A program made the position numbers and the translations under genes. A stretch of DNA of 64,000 bases from Chiloscyllium plagiosum (lineage: Eukaryota). The stretch is taken from the NCBI RefSeq assembly GCF_004010195.1, contig NC_057718.1, forward strand, positions 45,806,322-45,870,321, in the 5' to 3' direction. Below are positions 12,619 to 25,098 of this stretch, piece by piece. Below the pieces are notes generated by a model that was given only the letters and a program-made list of their open reading frames with translations, was not told where the DNA came from and ran no database searches. Each line of letters starts with the position of its first letter. The first letter of the stretch is position 1.

Positions 12619-12939
12619 GATTAGATTAGATTAGATTAGATTACAGTGTGGAAACAGGCCCTTCGGCCCAACAAGTCCACACCGACCCGCCGAAGCGAAA
12701 CCCACCCATACCCCTACATTTACCCCTTACCTAACACTATGGGCAATTTAGTATGGCCAATTCACCTGACCCTGCACATCTTTGGACTGTGGGAGGAAAC
12801 CGGAGCACCCGGAGGAAACCCACGCAGACACGGGGAGAACGTGCAAACTCCACACAGTCAGTCGCCTGAGGCGGGAATTGAACCCGGATCTCTGGCGTTG
12901 TGAGGCAGCAGTGCTAACCACTGTGCCACCGTGCCGCCC
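12619..12939 (-). mobile_element. HE1-type V-SINE, near full length, little diverged
   Basis: tRNA-like head (ggcggcacggtggcacagtggttagcactg...gggttcaattcc), V-domain tctgtgtggagtttgcacgttctccccgtgtctgcgtgggtttcctccggg, CR1-like tail with (TTAGA)n; CpGs retained. Confidence 0.93.
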
Positions 12940-14672
12940 ACAAATGTGTGGGCGGCACGGTGTGTGTGAGATAAAATAATGGAGTGGAACTGGAGACAAA
13001 GATTGGCATATTAGGATATCAATGAGGCAAAAGATTTCCATTGTCCAATATATGCTACTCTGTTCCATTTAATTGGGCATAAATTTATATTTGAATTTAT
13101 GTTCATAAGCAGAATTCCAGGTGTCAACATAATGTGGGAGTCAGTTCCATGCAAATTGTTGCTGACATTCTTTGCTGGGTTTTGAAGTAAATAAATATGT
13201 CTGAGATGCAACATTGCTATTCAAAACAATAATTCAGTGGCTTCGGTTAAATGTTAGGGCATCTTTGAGAAGACTGATAACTCATATAATGTAGGAATCT
13301 CATACAGTCATCAACTGAGCCTTCAATTTTTCTCATTATACTAACTGTGGGAGAAAGAGACAAAGTCAGAAATCATCATCTAAAGACTATTTTCAGAACA
13401 TCAAAGGTGTAGATCCTGCAAGGATATTATGTGCTAGTTGAAAGATGTAAGGTGAAAGATTTCTGTAGAGTCAAGGGGAAGAAAGAAAATGAAAGGTGGA
13501 GTTCTGACCATAGTTTTAAGAAAAACTAATTTTGTGTCAATTGTTCTGCAATATGGTTTACCAAATCATTTTCAAAGATTTGAGCTTTTTGTCGCTTAAC
13601 ATTTTGTTTTAAAATTCATTTTATTTTTCTCATTAACCTTATTTTTCATCCTTCAGCAATTTTGAATCATGTCTGTCTTGCACAGTCGTATAACATTTTT
13701 AGGTTAATTGCAAGACAAAATAAATACAATATTCTGCCTATCAGTTGCATTAAATGGCATGGAAACCTCCTTCAGCAGTCTGCTTCATATGCTTCTGGTC
13801 TCAAAGAATGCATTATAAATCCAACCTCAGACCTAACATACGTCTATTTCCTCATTTGCCTTCGTCGCAGCCAGCCCTCTACAACTTACTGACCAGAAAA
13901 TGCCACCACTTCTCGTTTGATCCCTGCTTGGATCTATCTGAAAACTATTTCATAGGAAGATATGTAGTGGAAGTTTTCCATCGTTTGAGCAGCATGGACA
14001 ATGGGAAAGAATTTGGGAAAATATGGTGGGCATGAAAAAATTAGATTCTTAATGGTAAGAAACTAAAGTCCAATGCTCCCCTTAATGTTTCAATGGATAG
14101 ATATGAATCTCAGAAATAGGTGGTGATCTCCTTATTTACATGCATTTGCATCTCTTTATTAGCTAATGTCACCTCATTTTCATGCAAATCGTGAATCACT
14201 GGCAAGAAATAGACAGTGCCAATTCCCAACTTGAAGGTCAGAGATGTTACCTGGTGAATGAAGCTCACCTGTTGCTTCTCCAGGCTTTCAAATTCACCCT
14301 ATTTACCAATATTTCACAGGATGCCCCAGGAGAAGCAACCATCTCCATCCTTTGTTCACTGAAATTGGTATTGGCAAAACAGCAACTTCACCACATTAAT
14401 ATGGCTGATATTGGACTAATTCAGAAGACACTTGAGCACTGCCTATTGCGCACACAAGGACATGCATGCATCTTCTCATACATTTTCAGAGGATGAATCT
14501 AGGCCTGTCAGCTTGCTTTCTTAATACTCACTCATTTTGGACTTATTTGACGATCACATCATCTACGCCTTGTCTTGCATTTTAGTGCAATGCCACTTCA
14601 TTCAGAACATACAGCCTCATAGCAAGTCTTCTTGCCTTGGTTAGATAGAAAATCAGGCAACTTGTGTTGGTT

Positions 14673-14807
14673 AATAGTGTGGTGCTGGAAAAGCACAGCA
14701 GGACAGGCAGCATCTGAGGAGCAGGAAAATCAATGTTTTGGGCAAAAGCCCTTCATCAGGAATCTTGACTCTAATCTCCAGCATCTGCAGTACTCACTTT
14801 CGCCTAG
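14673..14807. mobile_element. Penelope-derived short insertion (family B) with internal inversion
   Basis: 12-bp TSD cttgtgttggtt (14661-72, 14808-19). A minus-oriented segment ends at the hammerhead (cccttcatcaggaat) and is followed by the plus-oriented 3' end (ctccagcatctgcagtactcacttt). Confidence 0.82.
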
Positions 14808-15545
14808 CTTGTGTTGGTTGCCAAGACTGAACAGTCAAGGGGGTATTCACATTGCTATACAGAAACATGTTATGTCAATATCATACTTCAGCATGTGCCA
14901 GCCACTTCTGTGGAAAGCATATTGCATGAGTTTCAACCAAATGGTCACGTCTGAAAGTCTAAAGTATTGGAATGCAATTGAGTTGTTGAAAGAAGGGATT
15001 TTCTTCTTATGACTTTGTCATGAGGTGGACACAGATGAAGATATTCCACTTACACTTTCTTAGCTAATGCTTTTATTTTATTTGGTTTCATCATTGTCAA
15101 TGATGCGTGCCAAGTATTGGCAATATTATTTCTAAAGTGGAGTGTTCTTTGGACCAATTGTATTAAGAGTTCACTGATAGTTTCAGATGATGTTTCTGCC
15201 AAAATTTGCTGGAAGTTAAGTTCTGAAGATTTTTTCATAGCCTAAGAAAATATAAACAATTCTTTCAGCCCTTGAAATTGGTCGTTTTTACTGTGTTTGT
15301 AATGTGAACTTTTTTTTCCTATTCATTGATAGGATGTCAGCTTTGATGGCGAATGAGAATTTATTGGACAGCCCCGGTTGCCCTTGAAAAAGTGGTAGTG
15401 AGCTGTCTTCTTGAACCACTGCAGTCCATTTGGCGTAGGTGCACCTACAATGCTGATGGGGAGGAAATTCCAAGATATTGACCCAGAAACAATAAATAAA
15501 TGAATATATTTCCAAGTGAAAATGGTGAGTGGCTTGGATGGGATC

Positions 15546-15723
15546 AGTCCTTCCTCCCTACCTTTTATCTTAGCCTGCTTGGCACACCCTCCTCATTCCT
15601 GAAGAAGGGCTTATGCCCGAAAAAAGATTCTCCTGTTCCTTTGATGCTGCCTGACCTGCTGCGCTTTTCCAGCAACACATTTTTAAGCTTCGATCTCCGG
15701 CATCTGCAGTCCTCACTTTCTCC
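15546..15723 (+). mobile_element. Penelope-derived insertion (family B)
   Basis: 7-bp TSD tgggatc (15539-45, 15724-30); core ctgaaga-agggcttatgccc-gaaa at 15599-15622. Confidence 0.82.
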
Positions 15724-15860
15724 TGGGATCTTTCAGATGCTGTATTCCTTTGTATTGACTGCCCTTTTCCTTCTTGATGATAATGATCATGAATTTGGAA
15801 GGGGCTATCCAAAGAAATTTCTGCAGGTGCATCTTGCAGATAGTATACACTGCTGCTATT

Positions 15861-16669
15861 AGAGTCATAGAGTCATAGAGATGTACAACATGCAAATGGA
15901 CCCTTTGGTCCAACCTGCCCATGCCAACCAGATATCCCAACCCCATCTAGTCCCACCTGCCAGCACCCAGCCTATATCCCTCCAAACCCTCCCAATTCAT
16001 ATAACCATCCAGATGCCTGTTAAATGTTGCAATTGTACTAACCTCCACCACTTCCTCTGGCAGCTCATTCCATACACGCTCTGTGTGAAAAAGTTGCCCC
16101 TTAGGTCTCTTTTATATCTTTCCCGTCTCACCAGAAACTTATGCCCTATAGTTCTGGACGCCCCCACCCCAGGGAAAAGACTTGGTCTATTTATCCTATC
16201 CACGCCCCTCATGACTTTGTAAACCTCTATAAGGTCACCCCTCAGCCTCCGATGCTCCAAGGAAAACAGCCCCAGCTTGTTCAGCCTCTCCCTATAGCAC
16301 AAATCCTCCAAACTTGGCAACATCCTTGTAAATCTTTTCTGAACCCTTTCAAATAGGAAGCAGACCAGAATTGCACACAACATTCCAACAGTGGCCTAAC
16401 CAATGTCCTGTACAGCCGCAACATGACCTCCCAACTCCTATACTCAATATTCTCACCAATAAAGAAAAGCATACCAAACGCCATCTTCATTATCATATCT
16501 ACCTGCAACTCCACTTTCAAGGAGTATGAACCTGCACTCCAAGGTCTCTTTGTTCAGCAACACTCCCTAGGAGCTTACCGTTAAGTGTATAAGTCCTGCT
16601 AAGATTTGCTTTCCCAAAATGCAGCACCTCGCATTTATCTGAATTAAACACCATCTCTGCCACTTCTCA
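15861..16669 (-). mobile_element. CR1 (HER1-like) LINE 3' part
   Basis: Frames ERVQKRFTRMLP...LRGDLIEVYKVMRGVDR; tail (gactctat)n; 6-bp TSD gctatt (15855-60, 16670-75). Confidence 0.93.
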
Positions 16670-16904
16670 GCTATTGTGTGTTAGTGGTGGAGAGAATGAA
16701 TGTTTGTGGATGTGGTGGCAGTCAATCGGACTGTTTTGTCCAGGATGATGTAATGCTTCTTGAGTGTTGTTGTAGCTGCACCTATTCAGGCAAGTGGGAA
16801 GTATTTCATCACACTCCTAACTTATGGCATGTAGATACTGGACAGGTTTTGAGGAGCCAGGAAGTGATTACTCGCTGAACGATTTCAACTTACACATGAG
16901 CTTG

Positions 16905-18415
16905 TGAATTAGGAGCAATAGGAGCAGATGTAGACCCTTTGGCCACCTTGAGCTTGCTCCACAATTCAATAAGGTCATGGCTAATCTGTTTCTATTTCAA
17001 ATTCCACATTCTTATCTATCTCTAAAAACACATAATTTCTTCTGGCTAACAAGAATCTACTAATCTCCTCCTTCACTGTTTTCTAAGGCACACATTTCCA
17101 AAGTTTCACAAACCTGCGAGGGAAAAAGTCTTCTCATCTCTGTCTTGAAAGGGCAGCCCTAATTTTAAATCAGTGGCGCCTAGCTCTGGACTGGCCCACA
17201 GGAGGAAACATCCTTTCCATGTCCACTTGTAAAATCCATTCAGGATTTTACACAGTTCAGTCAATTCATCCCTTCAAAATGCAGTGGAAATAAGGCTAGC
17301 CTATCCAGCCTATCCTCATATGACAAACACTTATTCTAGGTAACAATCTAATAAACCTCTGCTGTACTGTCTTTAATGCATTTTCGCCCTTCTTTAAATA
17401 AGGGGACCAAAACTGCACACAGTATTTGAGATAGGATCTCATCAATGCCCTGTATAACCGAAGCGTAGCATCCTTACTTTAATGTTCAGTTCCTCCAGTA
17501 ATAAAGATTATCATCCTATTAGCCTTCTGAATGATGTGGTGCACTTGCATACCAACGTGAACACTTAAAATCCTTCTTCATCTTGGAATGTCTCAGTCAT
17601 TCTGTGTTTAAGTGATCATAAAATCATAGAATCCCCAGTGTGGAAGCAATCCATTCAACCCATCAAGTCCACACCGACCCTCTGAACAACATCCCACCTA
17701 GACCCAACTCCTCCACCCTACACTGCAGTGATACTCTTTTTATTCTTCCTGCCAAAGTGACAACTGCACATTTTCTCACATTATATTCCATCTTCCAGAT
17801 TGTTGCCAATTTACTCAATCTATCTATATACATCTGAAACTTCTTTATGTTTTATTTACAACATACATTCCCCTATCTTTGTGTCATCTGTGAATTTAGC
17901 TACAATGCTTTTGCTCTGCTAATCTAAGTCATTGATGTAAATTATAAAACATTGAGGCCTTGGCACAGATCCCCATGGGACTCCACTTGTCACATCCTGC
18001 CAACAAGACAAAGATTCATTTTTGCACACTTTAGTTTTTTGCCAGTTAGCCAATCTTCTATCCAAGCTAATATGTTACCTGCTACACCGCGAGCTTTTAT
18101 TTTCTTCAATAGCCTTTGATGTAGTACGTTATCAAATGTCTTCTGAAAATCCAAGCCTACAGGCTCCCCTTTATCCAAAGATCATGTTAGTCCTTCAGAA
18201 AACTCTAATAAATTGGTTATATATGATGTCCTTTTGATGAAACCATGCTGACTTTTTTCCCATCTACCTTGAGCTTTTTTAAGTGCGCAGCTATAAACTA
18301 TTCAATAATCAAATCTAACAACTTTGTCATGAGAGACATCTAGCTAAGTTGCCTATAGTTTCATGCATTCAGCCTCCCTCCCTTCTTGAACAGAGGGATT
18401 ATATTTGCATTTGGG
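16905..18415 (-). mobile_element. CR1 LINE, older subfamily (RT region to 3' end)
   Basis: Frame LDFQKTFDNVLHQRLLKKIKARGVAGNILAWIEDWL and a CR1-type 3' end. A short HE1/CR1 tail is inserted at about 17615-17725. Confidence 0.8.
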
Positions 18416-18419
18416 CATG

Positions 18420-19170
18420 GACTACTTCCGTAACTGAACAGTAGTGAATGATGCTGAACATTGTACAATCACCAATGAACGTGCCCACTTCTGACATTAT
18501 GATGAAAGGAAGGTTATTGATAAAGGAGCTGAAGATGGTTAGGTCTAAAACATTATACTGAGGAACCCCTGCAATGATGTCCTGGAGCTGAACAAACTGA
18601 TGCAATATTGCCAGTGCCGATAATCTTTGTTGTGTCCAGTGCATTTGGCCATTTCTTGATACCATGTGGAGTAAACCAAATTGGCTGAAGACTGGCATCT
18701 GTGATGCAAGAGGAGCCCCAGCTGGATCATGCACTCAGCAATTTTGCTTGAAGATTATTGCAAATGCTTCAGTCTTATGTTTTATACTGATGTGCTGGAC
18801 ACTGCATCACTGAGAAGGGGAATATTTTTGGAGCTTTCTTTTCTAATGACTTGCTTAGTCATCCACCACCATTCATAATAGGTTTTGGCAGGACTACATA
18901 TCTTCATCTGATTCTTTGTGGAACCGTTTAGCCCTGACTTTCACTTGCTGCTCATGATCGGGTCACAGTTGTCTTATGTGTCTGGTGTTGTAGTTTTATC
19001 TTTTTTAAAGTATGCATGTATAGGGTCCTAGCTTGAGATTTCCTGCATTTTTTTTGGAACCAGGGTTGATCCCCTGGTTTGTTGGCAATTATAGCTTGGT
19101 GGGTTATGGCTATACATAAGGTTTCAAATTATGTTGTGTAAAATTCTGCTGCTGCTGGACCCAAATACCA
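18420..19170 (-). mobile_element. Second LINE family, RT fragments
   Basis: Frame GVPQYNVLDLTIFSSFINNLP...VGTFIGDCTMF (PQG and FADD-like motifs); similar to 28250-28500. Confidence 0.7.
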
Positions 19171-19885
19171 ATGCAACAAATTGGTGGGGTTTTTTTTCTG
19201 GGTTCAGCAAACATTTGTTTGAGACCTGTAAAATATTCTTTTTGCTGACATAAGTCAAATTGGGTGACAGTGAATGTCTTGAATGGTTGATATCCTTTCT
19301 GAAACTTCAAGATTCTCATGACAAAACATACCTTCCTGTTCAGATGTCAAGTCTTCTGGTTGTAGATAGCAGAAGTATATTCTGCTAACTGATTACCTTT
19401 ATGCCTTGAGGTTTTATCATTCTTTTAATCAAAAGATCATTCTACCTAATCCATTTGACATCAAATCAATGGATTACAATTTTCAGTTTTTCAAACAAGG
19501 AGGTTTTCCTCACAATACAGTGACACTGTCTCCTCTATCAGTCTTGAATTGAATTAGATGTCTATTGACAGGGATGAGCTCTGTTATGTCTGAATCATTT
19601 GGTCACCTATTTTACCTGATATGGCTGTGATACTTTTTCTAATATGTCATCATTAAAGGAGATGTTCAAATCAAAGTATGTCTTGGGATTGAGGTATCTT
19701 TTCTAATGTTGTTTGATATAAAGTATCATCTTCTTTGTGGATGCAAAATGTTTGAAAACATCCTATTTTCTTGCAAAAGTGACATTCTTATAACAGAATT
19801 GGACATTGGTTTCATTTGTGTGTTGCTTTTTTACTCCACATCTTGGACAATAACTCCTTGCATCTTAGAATTTGAACCTTCTTTG

Positions 19886-20108
19886 TCACAAAGAAAAACA
19901 GAAATTGCTGGAAAAACTCAGCATGTCTGGCAGCATCTATGGAGAAAAATCAGAGTTAATGTTTCAGATCAAGTGACCTTTCCTCAGATCTTTCACTAAG
20001 CCTGAAATGTTAACTCTTATTCCTTTCCACAGATGCTGCCAGACCTGCTGAACTTTTTCAGCAATTTCTGTTTTCATTTCTGATTTACAGTATCCGCCAT
20101 TCTTTAAG
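19886..20108. mobile_element. Palindromic Penelope-derived element (family C)
   Basis: Arms aaaacagaaattgctg...gagttaatgtttcag / ctgaaatgttaactc...cagcaatttctgtttt; near-perfect 13-bp TSD tgaac(c/a)ttctttg (19873-85, 20109-21). Confidence 0.82.
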
Positions 20109-20277
20109 TGAACATTCTTTGCATTGATTTGTCATCTGAATGTTTGGAGTATGAAATTGATAAGTTTTGATAATTTTCTGGAGTAAATTTGTCTTTCTAT
20201 TCCCCAGATTTTTCTACAATCTTTATGAATCATGGCTTCTATTATCAACCGAGGAAGCCTTTTCCAGTGTTTTTTTT

Positions 20278-20590
20278 AAAATTCATTCGTAGAATGAAGG
20301 CTTTGTTGGCTTGGCTAGCATTTACTGCCCATCCCTTATTGCCCAGAGGCAGTTAAGAGTCAACCATATTAGGAGTCACATGTTGGTCAGCCCAGTTAAG
20401 AATGGCAGTTTCCTTCCCTAAAGGACATTAGTGATCCCAATGGATTTTTCTTGACAATTGACAATGGATTCATGGTCATCATTAGACTCTTAATTCCAGA
20501 TAATTATTGAATTCAAATTCCACTATTTGCCGTGGCAGGATTTGAACCTGGGTTTCCAGAACATTAGCTGGGTCTCTGGATTAACAGTCA
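20278..20590 (-). mobile_element. tRNA-derived SINE sharing its 3' tail with the second LINE family
   Basis: B box ggttcaaatcc on the minus strand (about 20538-20549). The tail gggcaataagggatgggcagtaaatgctagcc resembles the LINE end at about 29140-29205. Confidence 0.75.
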
Positions 20591-22097
20591 CCCTCCTTCG
20601 TTCAATATTAAATGATGTGGAAGAGACGAATCAAAACTTTCAATGACATTTATGTTTCTAACTAGTTCTGGTTGTAATGCTCCATATCCTCAAGATTCAG
20701 GCATTTTAAAAAGAGGATTGATAAAGCTGTTTACAGATTATCCTTGAAACTATGCTTTTATAGAATTGTGGTTTTTCTAATAAACTTGGTCTTAAAGTAT
20801 AATAGTTGTCAAATTCTTTGAAGACAGCATTCAAGGTATCAGTATTTAACTTTTTGTCTGTTAATATCATAATCCACAAATGGTCCCATAAATAAAGCAA
20901 TGTGATAACTTGTTTTGCTTGTGATTGGCTGTGTAAATCTGAAGCAGTTCTGTGCTTCCCAATTTAATTGTTTCTTGTGTGCCAACCAATTGAATTCTCT
21001 TCCTAAAATATCAGTAACTTTGAATCTACATGGATATATAGGAAATTTCTTCATTTAATGATATTAAATCATGTTACACCCTGGAAGCTTATAAACATAA
21101 TTTAAATTCTGCCATACTCTTTGCTTTTCATGTTTAAGTTTGAATTGTGGTTTCAACTTAATTGCTGTGAAAGATTCTAGTGTTAAGAAACTTCAAGAGA
21201 TTATAATTATATTTTAAATGCTGATAAACCAAGTTAAGATCTAAAAATAAAGTTTTAAACTCTACTTGTTTATTTTATACTGTTTAAAAGCTTCTTTCTT
21301 CAAATTTTATTCAAAATGATTTTTCTGTACTTTAAATTTTAAAAGCTTTTTTAATCACTGTATCATAAAAATATTTCTTCAATAAAGATTTAGATAAATT
21401 TCAAAGTGTTGGAGGTGTTGTAAATCTTCTTAAATCTTCTACTAAATGAAAGTTTATGTTTGCTATATAAAATTTTAAGGTTTTGGTTAAAATTTGGTGA
21501 TGTGCTATTTTGCCATTTTTTGACTGGTTTCACACATTTGTTGGCATGCTGGAGAATTTGTACCATTTCTTCTTTTCTTCCTCAACTACTTTATGTCTTT
21601 TATAACCAAAGCAAATGATGTCCTGCACTGTTTGCACCTTTAAATAATTTCATTGGTACAATCAAAATTTACTATAGCTTCCAAATGAATAATTTCAATA
21701 AAATCTTCTGCCTTTAACTTTAGGTTCTAATTTCTGAAATTATGTTGTTTGAAGAATTTTTTAAAGAATGACCCTATTTTTGAAGAATTTTTTTCGGCTT
21801 ATAATAATGATTTCCATGATGAAAGAGATGCTCATTATTATAAGGAAAATGATAAGACAAATTATTTTTACTTTATTCCAGCTTCAAAGCCCAGAACTGT
21901 GATATAAGATAAGTTAGTTCATCCTTTTCCCTGAAGGACCTTACTTACATTTGGAGTCCAATGCTTCAATACTGGATTATAAATCAAATTTCTCCTTAGG
22001 TGCTCAAGTGAGACTTATTCTATTTCCCACTAACTAATCTGAATTTATTTCCCTGTTCTGATGATTGAAGGTTTAAAAGAATGGTTAAAATAAAACT

Positions 22098-22208
22098 AGT
22101 TTGGCAGCATCTGTGAAAGTTCTGATGAAGGGTCAGTAGACTTGGAATGTTAACTCTGCTTTCTCTCCATGGATACTGCCAGACCCGCTGGGTTTCTCCA
22201 GAAATGTC
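22098..22208 (+). mobile_element. Penelope-derived short element (family C)
   Basis: agtt-ctgatga-agggtcagtagactt-ggaa-tgtt-aact core followed by the family C body. Confidence 0.72.
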
Positions 22209-23054
22209 TTAATAGAAAGGTTGCTGTGCTGTTACAGCTCTTTCAGCCTTGAATGCTGAGCAGATTGGTTTGCAACATGTATTTTAAAACTGACACTCTT
22301 AAAGAGGTAGCTTACTTCTTTGTGAGATGTTTCTTCTTTCTTCTTTTTGGATGAATGTGGATTCTTTGTACTTATGATGCTTTATTTACACTTGAAAACA
22401 GGAATCTGCGTTGCTGTGCGCCATGTTGTAAAAGATGCCATCAGCTGGCACCTGGTTCAGTTAGGATCTTCTTTGGATAGATTCATTTCCACCAGCCCTT
22501 CTTGCAATACTGTTCTATGGGGCTTACTAGTATGAAATGGTGAAGGATTAACCACTTCAAAGTCTTCTGCAGAAACATAAAAAATAGGAGCAGGAATAGG
22601 CCATTCAGCCCTTTGAGCCTGCTCCACCTACTTGAGTTTATTGCAAGGTAGTAAGTTAACAGATTAAATTAGTTTAAGATCACTTAACTGCCCTAACACA
22701 AGGTTAGAGACATTGTTATCTGATAAGCGAAAATAATTAGATCCATGCTATATGGCTGTAGTTGACGAAAAACTAACAGCAAATTTGAACTGACGAACTC
22801 CTTCCAGAAACAGTCTTTCATATACCAGTGGGCAGACTTATTCTAAAGTTTCTGAGATAACCTTTTCAAGCCAACTGTCTTATACAACAAACAGAATAGC
22901 TAATTTGTACACAGTAATGTCCCACAAACAGCATTAAAAAAAATGAATTGATAATCAGAAATGGGTACTGCTAAGAACACAGAAAAAAAAGAATTGTGTA
23001 ATAAATTGTTTTTCCATTAACTTCGAGTTTCATTTATTGCAATAATTTAGCACA

Positions 23055-23200
23055 TGGAAGGGATAATTCCATATGTACATGTGGTTGGATGCGGATACAG
23101 TTAGAATGTTTAAAAGGGATTGGTTTAGTTTGGGATCATGGTCAGCATGGATTGGTTGGACCAAAGTGTCTATTTCCATGATGTATGACTGTATGATTCT
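23055..23200 (+). mobile_element. CR1 3'-end fragment
   Basis: Matches the 3' ends of other CR1 copies (tttagtttgggatcatggtcagcatgga...tatgactgtatgattcta). Confidence 0.75.
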
Positions 23201-23548
23201 ATATATGTCAGTGAGAGATTTGTTTGTAATTCTGAATAAGAGCAATCAACTGAATAATGAAATATTTCCAGAGATTTATGAAAGGGTTTTTCATCGGATT
23301 AGGAACTTTGCTGAACTAAGAAAGGAGTAGCTAACAACTTTTGTTTGCAAATAAATTTGAATAATTCACTTGGACACATGCTTTGAATTAATGATTTATA
23401 TTAACTCTAAATATGTATTTCAGAAGATTATGAAATGGAAAAGAAAAATTACTAGTGTGAAGGTTCATGTTACAATTATTTCAAGAATTTTTTTTCAACT
23501 TCAGCTTTATAATGAAATTCTGCTGTGTCAGAAGGTGTCCGTTTTCTG

Positions 23549-23900
23549 GGGCAGAGTCTTATAGGGGCCTGAACGACATGGGCTATAACAAGAATTGTGG
23601 CAGAGTTTCTTGAGAAGTTCAGCAAGGCCTTTCTCAATGTCAGGAATGATTCAGCAAATCATATAAATTTTCTGGGCGTCAAGGTGAGATTCCCATTGGG
23701 CAGTAGCAAGTCACCTTTTAAGGGGAATTATTGCTTGCTAACAGCCTTATTAACTGTAGCTTGCTAACAACCTTATTAACTCATTAATATGCAGCTTTCT
23801 ATTGTATCACCCACCATGAACAAGCTGGATGGTGATAATTCTTGACATGTAAATCAGAGTGACTACCTGGCAACTTCAGTTTGCCACAAAGAGCCTCCAA
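23549..23900 (+). repeat. Old interspersed repeat, similar to 36603-36950 (possibly a non-autonomous DNA transposon end)
   Basis: ggggcagagtcttataggggcctgaacgacatgggctataacaaga aligns by eye with gggtggaatcttaaaggggcctgagcaacatgggttatcacaaga, and similarity continues downstream. Confidence 0.5.
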
Positions 23901-24781
23901 CCATGAGCACCAGCCATATTCATCCCACTTCCACAGATATTAGCAGCTGACATATGCCAGCCTATAAGAAATCTCATGACATATTACTGATCTAGTTACA
24001 GGATGCTTCTGGACTTCGATGCTGCACTTTGGAGTGCAGCAGCAACACTCATTGTCGTGCTGCAGCAAGGGCACTTTTTACACAGGGATGTACAACTAGC
24101 TCATGGACAAGACCAGACTGCAGTTTGCTTGGTGTCTTTGTACTCATGTACTTTGAATATACTTGGATGCTCACAGCATCCTTGTCTTGCATTGTCTTGT
24201 CTTTCTGAGCCTTGCCCCTCAGCCAGAGATAACAGAATCAAACTACTGTCGTATCACCGCTTACCACAGACAGCCAGGAAGTTTGTCATGGTTTTCAGCA
24301 ATCCTCAGCTAATTCAAGGGACACAGCCTTCAGTTAGGGGATTCTGGCACGGTAAGTCAAGAGTAGCCTTTGATAACAGACCAAGGGCTTGTGTATGTTC
24401 AGTCAGCTGCTTGAGATGTCAGAGTCAGGATCTCCTCCTCATAAGGGGTAAGGAGCTGAATGTCAGGTAACCCATTTTCCATCTTAACTCTCTCTTTCCT
24501 ATTGTGGGCTGCTTTCTTCTGAGTATAAGAGTGAGATAAGTATTAAAGGATATGAAAATGGTTAAGTGGGAAAGAGAACTGACTTAGTGGTGTTATGTAT
24601 AAGGCTGATGAAAACAGATGGGGAAGATGTTATAGCAGTATGGAGAAAATTTGCTTTGGTGGGAGATGAAGACAGAAGCAGCAACTGAGGTAGAATGTGA
24701 GATATTGGAGAGAATTGGTGGAGTGGAGTCTTTCTTTCTATAGTGCTGTGCATTCCTGTAGCTGGGAGAGAGTGCACTGGA

Positions 24782-25098
24782 GCAGCGCGGTGGCTCAGTG
24801 GTTCGCATTGTTGCCTCGCAGCACCAGGGACCCAGGCGATTCCATCCTCAGGCGGCTGTCTGTGCGGAGTCTGTACATTCTCCTTGCATCTGTGTGGGTT
24901 TCCTCCGGATGCTGCAGTTTCCTCCCACAGTCCAAAGATGTGCAGATCTGGTGAATTGGCAATGCTAAATTGCCCTTAGTGTTAGGTGCATTAATCAGAG
25001 GAGGGTGGGTGTGGGTGGGTTGCTCTTCGGAGGGTCGATGTGGACTTGTTGGGCTGAAGGGCCTGTTTCCACACTGTGGGGAATCTAATCTAATCTAA
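24782..25098 (+). mobile_element. HE1-type V-SINE
   Basis: tRNA-like head, V-domain and tail ending (aatct)n; same family as 12619-12939. Confidence 0.92.

Larger units (their letters stand above)
15330..16880 (-). mobile_element. Second LINE family 3' region, host of two nested insertions
   Basis: Reverse-complement similarity to 28700-29200; resumes after both insertions. Confidence 0.7.
19180..21050 (-). mobile_element. Gypsy gag-protease remnant, heavily decayed and interrupted
   Basis: Minus-strand frames: FKEFDNYYTLR...SVNSFINP...GYGALQPELVRN (capsid-like), CPRCG...CHFCKKIG (zinc knuckles, about 19730-19860) and IQFKTDRGDSVTVL (aspartic-protease DTG-like motif, about 19515-19560). Confidence 0.65.

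Noticed and set aside
13240..13365. Strong acceptor-like site (ctttgtctctttctcccacag, minus strand) with a short following frame
   Set aside because: The peptide is unrecognisable and stops after about 30 codons; no partner exons found.
24003..24470. 155-aa plus-strand ORF
   Set aside because: No recognisable motif; lies in probable decayed repeat sequence.
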